A stretch of DNA of 64,000 nt from Macrostomum lignano (Eukaryota), in NCBI GenBank assembly GCA_002269645.1, contig NIVC01000511.1, positions 404,023 through 468,022 on the forward strand, given 5' to 3'. The position numbers and the translations under genes are program-made. Positions 58,714 through 64,000 of this stretch are shown here, piece after piece (position 1 is the first letter of the stretch; every line of letters begins with the position of its first letter). The notes beneath the pieces are model-generated. The model ran no database searches. It was given only the letters and a program-made list of their open reading frames with translations, and had not been told where the DNA came from.

Positions 58714-61700
58714 TCAGGACTTCGCTTCGGCCGCTGCCGCCTCTTCCAGGTCGATCTGCAGGTCGCCCGGGCTCGACGCTTCAGAGCCGCCGCCGCTGTT
58801 TTTCGCCGACGGCGCGGTCTCCCCCGTGCTGTTAGGCTTCGGCGGCGCTGACGACGCCGCGGAGGCAGCACCAGCCGAGATGCCGTTCGAGCCGTCGACC
58901 GCGGCCGCAGCGGCTGAGTTCGAATTCGCCGACGCATTGGACTGGCCGCTAGCGGGCGAATCGGAGGCGGCGGCCGCTGCAGCGGCGGCCGCTGCAGCGG
59001 CCAAATGCCGCTTTTTCAATGGGACAGCGGCGCCCGAAGCCGGCTGCGACGACTCCGAGCAAGACGGCGTCGATTGCTGCTGCTGCTGCTGCTGCTTTAG
59101 TGGCGGCGTTTCTTCAGCGCGGCTAGCCACCTGCTGCTGCTGTTGGTGCCGCTGCTGCTGCTGCTGCTTCTGTAACTGAAAATCGTCGCTGATAATTTTG
59201 TCGATGTGATCGCCGAATGTTAGAACTGAAGCACCTGCTATTGAAGCAGCCGTTGCGGCTGCGACAGTTGCTGGCGAGGACACAGATGGCGCCGAGGAGG
59301 AAGTGACAGCGGCTGACGGAGCGGAAGCGGCCGTCGGGAGCTGGGAACTGGCGGACAAGTGATGCACCGCCTGCTGCTGGTGAGGATTATGATGATGGTG
59401 GTGGTGGTGGTGATGATGATGCGGATGCTGCGGCTGCGGCTGCTTCTGCTGCTGCGGATGAGGATTCTGGTGCTGTGATTGAGAATGGTGCTGTTGATGA
59501 TGCTGATACTTGGCCTGCTTTGCCTGATGCTGCTGCTGCTGCTGTTGTTGAAGATGCGGCCGCTTAGCAGCCTGCTGAGACTCTTTGTGCGGATTCAAAT
59601 TGGTGCTGATCTGATTCTGAATAATCACGTCAATCAGAGTGGCTGCTGTCATCATATTCTCCGAGCTAGAGCTGGTCACCAGGCCGATTGACGATTCACT
59701 GGCTGCGGTGGTAGCGTTGGCCCCGTGATGAAAGCGCCTGGGCTGAGGCTGAGGCTGGTGCTGCTGGCGCTGTTGTTGTTGTTGCTGCTGCTGCTGCTGC
59801 TGCATCTGCTGTTGCAGAAGCATTGTCTGCTGCTGCGGAAACGGATGCGGGTGAAGATGCTGAGAGTGCGGCGGAACCTGCGGAGGTGGAGGAGGCGGCG
59901 GCGGAAGCAGCTGTTGCGGCGGCTCCTTAGCGGCAGGCGGAGCCATAGGCGGCGGCATGCGCTGCTCATTGGCCATACGCTGCCTTCTGTTAGCCAGTAC
60001 GTGATAGAGCTGGCTGGCTTCGGAGCTGGTCCTGGTGCGCTCGGCGTCGCTCATAGCCCGACCTCGGAAGGTGAACGGCTCGACCTCTTCGCGATATTTC
60101 TGCTCAGCCTGAGCTGCGAAATAATCAGACTGAGACATTAGCTGCGGTGGCGGCGGCGGGGGCGGGGGCGGCGGCAGCGACTGTGGCACCATCTCGTACA
60201 TCATTGACTGGTGCTGGGAGGAAGAAGGGTGCATCGGATGCTGCTGCCTCTGCTGCTGCTGATGATGATGCTGGGATGGTGACACAGGCATCCCACCGTG
60301 TGGCGGCGCACCGGGACCACCAAGTCTCTGAGCGGCGAGAAAGTTTTCCTGGATAATTGCGCGTGTGTTGGCAGCTTGATCGCTGCCGCCGCCGCCCCCG
60401 CCGGCCGGTGAGAACGGAGGGGGCGGAGGCGGGTGCGGAGGAGGCGCCGTCTTAACCAGCGGCGGGGGTGGCTGCTGCTGCTGCTTTTGTCGGTGCCGCA
60501 TCATGTCTGCGGCTGCGGCGGCTTGTTGTTGCGCTGCCGAGGCTGAGTAATCGAATCGATTCATTGGCATTTTTGGAGAAGACGACGAGTTTCGTACAAC
60601 GGAGGCTGGCTGCGACGGTTGCTGTACTGGATAAGGCCTGGACACAATCAGGCTGGCTGGCAGCTGCTGCGAGGCTGGAGGCGGCGGTCCCGAAACTGTT
60701 GTGAGATTCTTCTCTATTGTTATATTAATCAAATCTTTGATTGACTTCTGCGGCGACTCCTCGGCGACTGACGCGCCCATTGACGCGGCCGGCATCGGGG
60801 ACAACGCCGTCAACCGGCCGCCGAGACTGCTGTTGCCGCCAGGTGACGAGGAAGCGGCGGCTGCGGCGGCAGCGGATGGCGGATTGAGAGTCGCTGTTGG
60901 AGCCAGCGGACTGGAGGACTGGCGGCTGGCGCTGGGCGGCCGCAGCGGCGACCGATGCGGCGGTGTCGAATGCGGCGTCTGTTTTGCTTGCTGCTGAGGC
61001 GGCTGCTGCTGCTGCTGCTGCTGTGGCGGCGGCGGCAGGGGAGGCGTAGACGAAGGTGGCGACTCCTGCTGGCTGGACTGCGGTGGGACTGACGGCTCCG
61101 AATTGGTCCCGTCGGCATTCGAAACGGCGACAGTGGGATTTGCCGCGGAGGCGGGAGCAGCAGCCGCGGGGCGGCCGAGGATGCACCGCCTCCAGTTCGG
61201 TTGGCTTCGATGACTTTCCGCCGGCGAATATTGTGCTTCTTATACAGCTGCTTGTAGGCTTCCTTCTTCTTGGTCAGATAGTAGAACTGCACGCAATCCG
61301 GCACGGATTTGTTCTCCAGAAAGGCGGCAATCGCTCCGAAATTTTTTCCATACAACAGGAACTTTTCCTTGAACGTGGCCCTCTCGTGCGGCAGCCATCT
61401 GAATGACAGGTCCTGATCGGCGTTCCACAGTTGCACGGGATCGCCTCGAACTAGTCCGTTGCTATTAGCAACCAAGCGACGCCGTTCCCATGGCGGCAAC
61501 AGCATAGGCGGCAGCACGGCTAAACTCTTCATCCGCTCTTCCTCTTCACGGGCATTCTTAATCGTGTCAACCATCTCGTTGACTTCGGCCTCGCTTCGGG
61601 CGGCCGGCTGGGCGTAGAAGCGTTCCATTCGCTCCTTCTCTTCGCGACTTTTGCGCACCTCGGGGAAGTATTTCTCAAAATAGTCGCGCGATTTAGCGTC

Positions 61701-62279
61701 GCGCTGTTTGCGCTTAGCGCTATTGCCTAGCCGCTCTAGCCGGCGGGTCCACTGCCGCTGCAGCTGGTCGTAGTTCTCCCGCAGGTGCCGCTCCCTGTGC
61801 GCGTTGGCCAGCACCAGCCGGCGAATGTGGTGAATTAGTCGGGGCTTGAACTCCTGGTGGCGCAGCTCCTGATCGCGAATCGCCGGCACGTCGGACGGTT
61901 GATTGTAGAGCGGCAGCACTCGGAAGAAACTGTCCGGGCCGCCACGGTCTGGCCGATCTAGCAGGCCGCGGCCGGCAGTCTCGGCAATCTGACGATGACT
62001 GTCGCGAGCTTTGCGACGATTGTCGGCCAGCACGGCGGCGAAGGGGTTCACCAGGCGCTGGGCCAGCTCTTCCTCTTCGCGACGGCGGCCTTCCTCGGTT
62101 TCGCCTTGGCGCGCCTTTAACTGCAGCTTCTCCAGCTCGGAAGTCTTGGCTGCCAGCTGATCAACTGTGCTTTTTATCTCCGATTCGATGTTGATCAGCT
62201 TCTGTCCGACATCGTTCTTTTCTTTTTGCAGCTTTTGCTCGTTGCGGGCGTCCTCGGGAGCGGGGCTGATTGCCTCCAC
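58714..62279 (-). CDS. NCOR1: Nuclear receptor corepressor NCoR/SMRT-like, large 3' exon (5' exons not identified); apparent 1-nt frameshift at 61168-61171
   Basis: Acceptor cgcag|VEAISP; GPS2-binding coiled coil (LPLYNQPSD), ARSEAEVNEM, SANT W..HERATFKEKFLLYGKNFGAIAAFLENKSVPDCVQFYYLTKK; CoRNR-like TAATLIDVIIQNQI and FGDHIDKIISDDF. Confidence 0.93.
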
Positions 62280-62499
62280 CTGCGATAGTGCGATTGTGGG
62301 TAGTGCAATTGAAAATTATTCTCTGAACTCATCACTAGCGTCCGCTGGAAACCATAGCGAAGACGCTTGGCTTGCTTCTAAATATTTGAGTTCATTTTGA
62401 AAATTTTTTAGAACCATCTTTAGAATTCCTCAGCAACAACCATTTTCGTTTTCTTTTAAAAGCGTTTTGAAAATTCCGTTTTTAAACACCTTGAAGAAA

Positions 62500-63995
62500 C
62501 CAGCTCAATGATTCCACAGAAACCATCTCAATGATTCCACAGAAACCATCTCAATGATTCCACAGAAACCATCTCAATGATTCCACAGAAACCATCTCAA
62601 TGATTCCACAGAAACCATCTCAATGATTCCACAGAAACCATCTCAATGATTCCACAGAAACCATCTTAATGATTCCACAGAAACCATCTCAATGATTCCA
62701 CAGAAACCATCTCAATGATTCCACAGAAACCATCTCAATGATTCCACAGAAACCATCTCAATGATTCCACAGAAACCATCTCAATGATTCCACAGAAACC
62801 ATCTCAATGATTCCACAGAAACCATCTCAATGATTCCACAGAAACCATCTCAATGATTCCACAGAAACCATCTCAATGATTCCACAGAAACCATCTCAAT
62901 GATTCCACAGAAACCATCTCAATGATTCCACAGAAACCATCTCAATGATCCACAGAAACCATCTCAATGATTCCACAGAAACCATCTCAATGATTCCACA
63001 GAAACCATCTCAATGATTCCACAGAAACCATCTCAATGATTCCACAGAAACCATCTCAATGATTCCACAGAAACCATCTCAATTATTCCACAGAAACCAT
63101 CTCAATGATTCCACAGAAACCATCTCAATGATTCCACAGAAACCATCTCAATGATTCCACAGAAACCATCTCAATGATTCCACAGAAACCATCTCAATGA
63201 TTCCGCAGAAACCATCTCAATGATTCCACAGAAACCATCTTAATGATCCCACAGAAACCATCTCAATGATTCCACAGAAACCATCTCAATGATTCCACAG
63301 AAACCATCTTAATGATCCCACAGAAACCATCTCAATGATTCCACAGAAACCATCTCAATGATTCCACAGAAACCATCTCAATGATCCCACAGAAACCATC
63401 TCAATGATTCCACAGAAACCATCTTAATGATCCACAGAAACCATCTCAATGATTCCACAGAAACCATCTCAATGATTCCACAGAAACCATCTCAATGATT
63501 CCACAGAAACCATCTCAATGATCCACAGAAACCATCTCAATGATCCACAGAAACCATCTCAATGATTCCACAGAAACCATCTCAATGATTCCACAGAAAC
63601 CATCTCAATGATTCCACAGAAACCATCTCAATAATTCTGCAGAAACCATCTCAATGATCCCACAGAAACCATCTCAATGATTCCACAGAAACCATCTCAA
63701 TGATTCCACAGAAACCATCTCAATGATTCCACAGAAACCATCTCAATGATTCCACAGAAACCATCTCAATGATTCCACAGAAACCATCTCAATGATTCCA
63801 CAGAAACCATCTCAATGATTCCACAGAAACCATCTCAATGATTCCACAGAAACCATCTCAATGATTCCACAGAAACCATCTCAATGATTCCACAGAAACC
63901 ATCTCAATGATTCCACAGAAACCATCTCAATGATTCCACAGAAACCATCTCAATGATTCCACAGAAACCATTTCAATGATTCTGCAGAAACCAAA
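62500..63995. repeat. 23-bp minisatellite CCACAGAAACCATCTCAATGATT
   Basis: About 65 near-identical copies in the presumed NCoR intron. Confidence 0.98.
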
Positions 63996-64000
63996 TCTTA

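Overview
Eukaryotic (metazoan) genomic DNA with GT-AG introns, GC-rich poly-Q/poly-A exons and about 26 unrelated tandem arrays (my rough sum is about 18 kb, near 30% of the window). The style suggests a free-living flatworm such as Macrostomum, but that is inference only. Most long ORFs in the supplied track are repeat artefacts, so genes were rebuilt by hand from splice sites and phases. Genes found: an unknown multi-exon gene (+, partial), a complete EHD/RME-1 ATPase (-, 6 exons), a highly divergent ETS-like factor (-, 5 exons), an intronless myristoylation-motif/Cys-cluster orphan ORF (-), a neuregulin/vein-like NtA-Ig-EGF-TM gene (-, 26.5-40 kb), a CDP-alcohol phosphotransferase-family gene (+), an SLC38A10-like transporter (-) and the 3' part of an NCoR/SMRT corepressor (-). 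Mobile DNA: a CORE-type tRNA-SINE, two MITEs (one a hAT-type with a perfect 8-bp TSD inside a THAP pseudo-exon), a possible solo LTR and a degraded antisense CDS. The most notable candidate system is in the neuregulin-like gene, which appears to carry two pairs of phase-locked, mutually exclusive exons (alternative EGF C-terminal halves and alternative transmembrane exons). Also notable are the divergent ETS domain, a single-SANT NCoR, and minisatellites seeded locally next to splice donors or from a coding 3' end.
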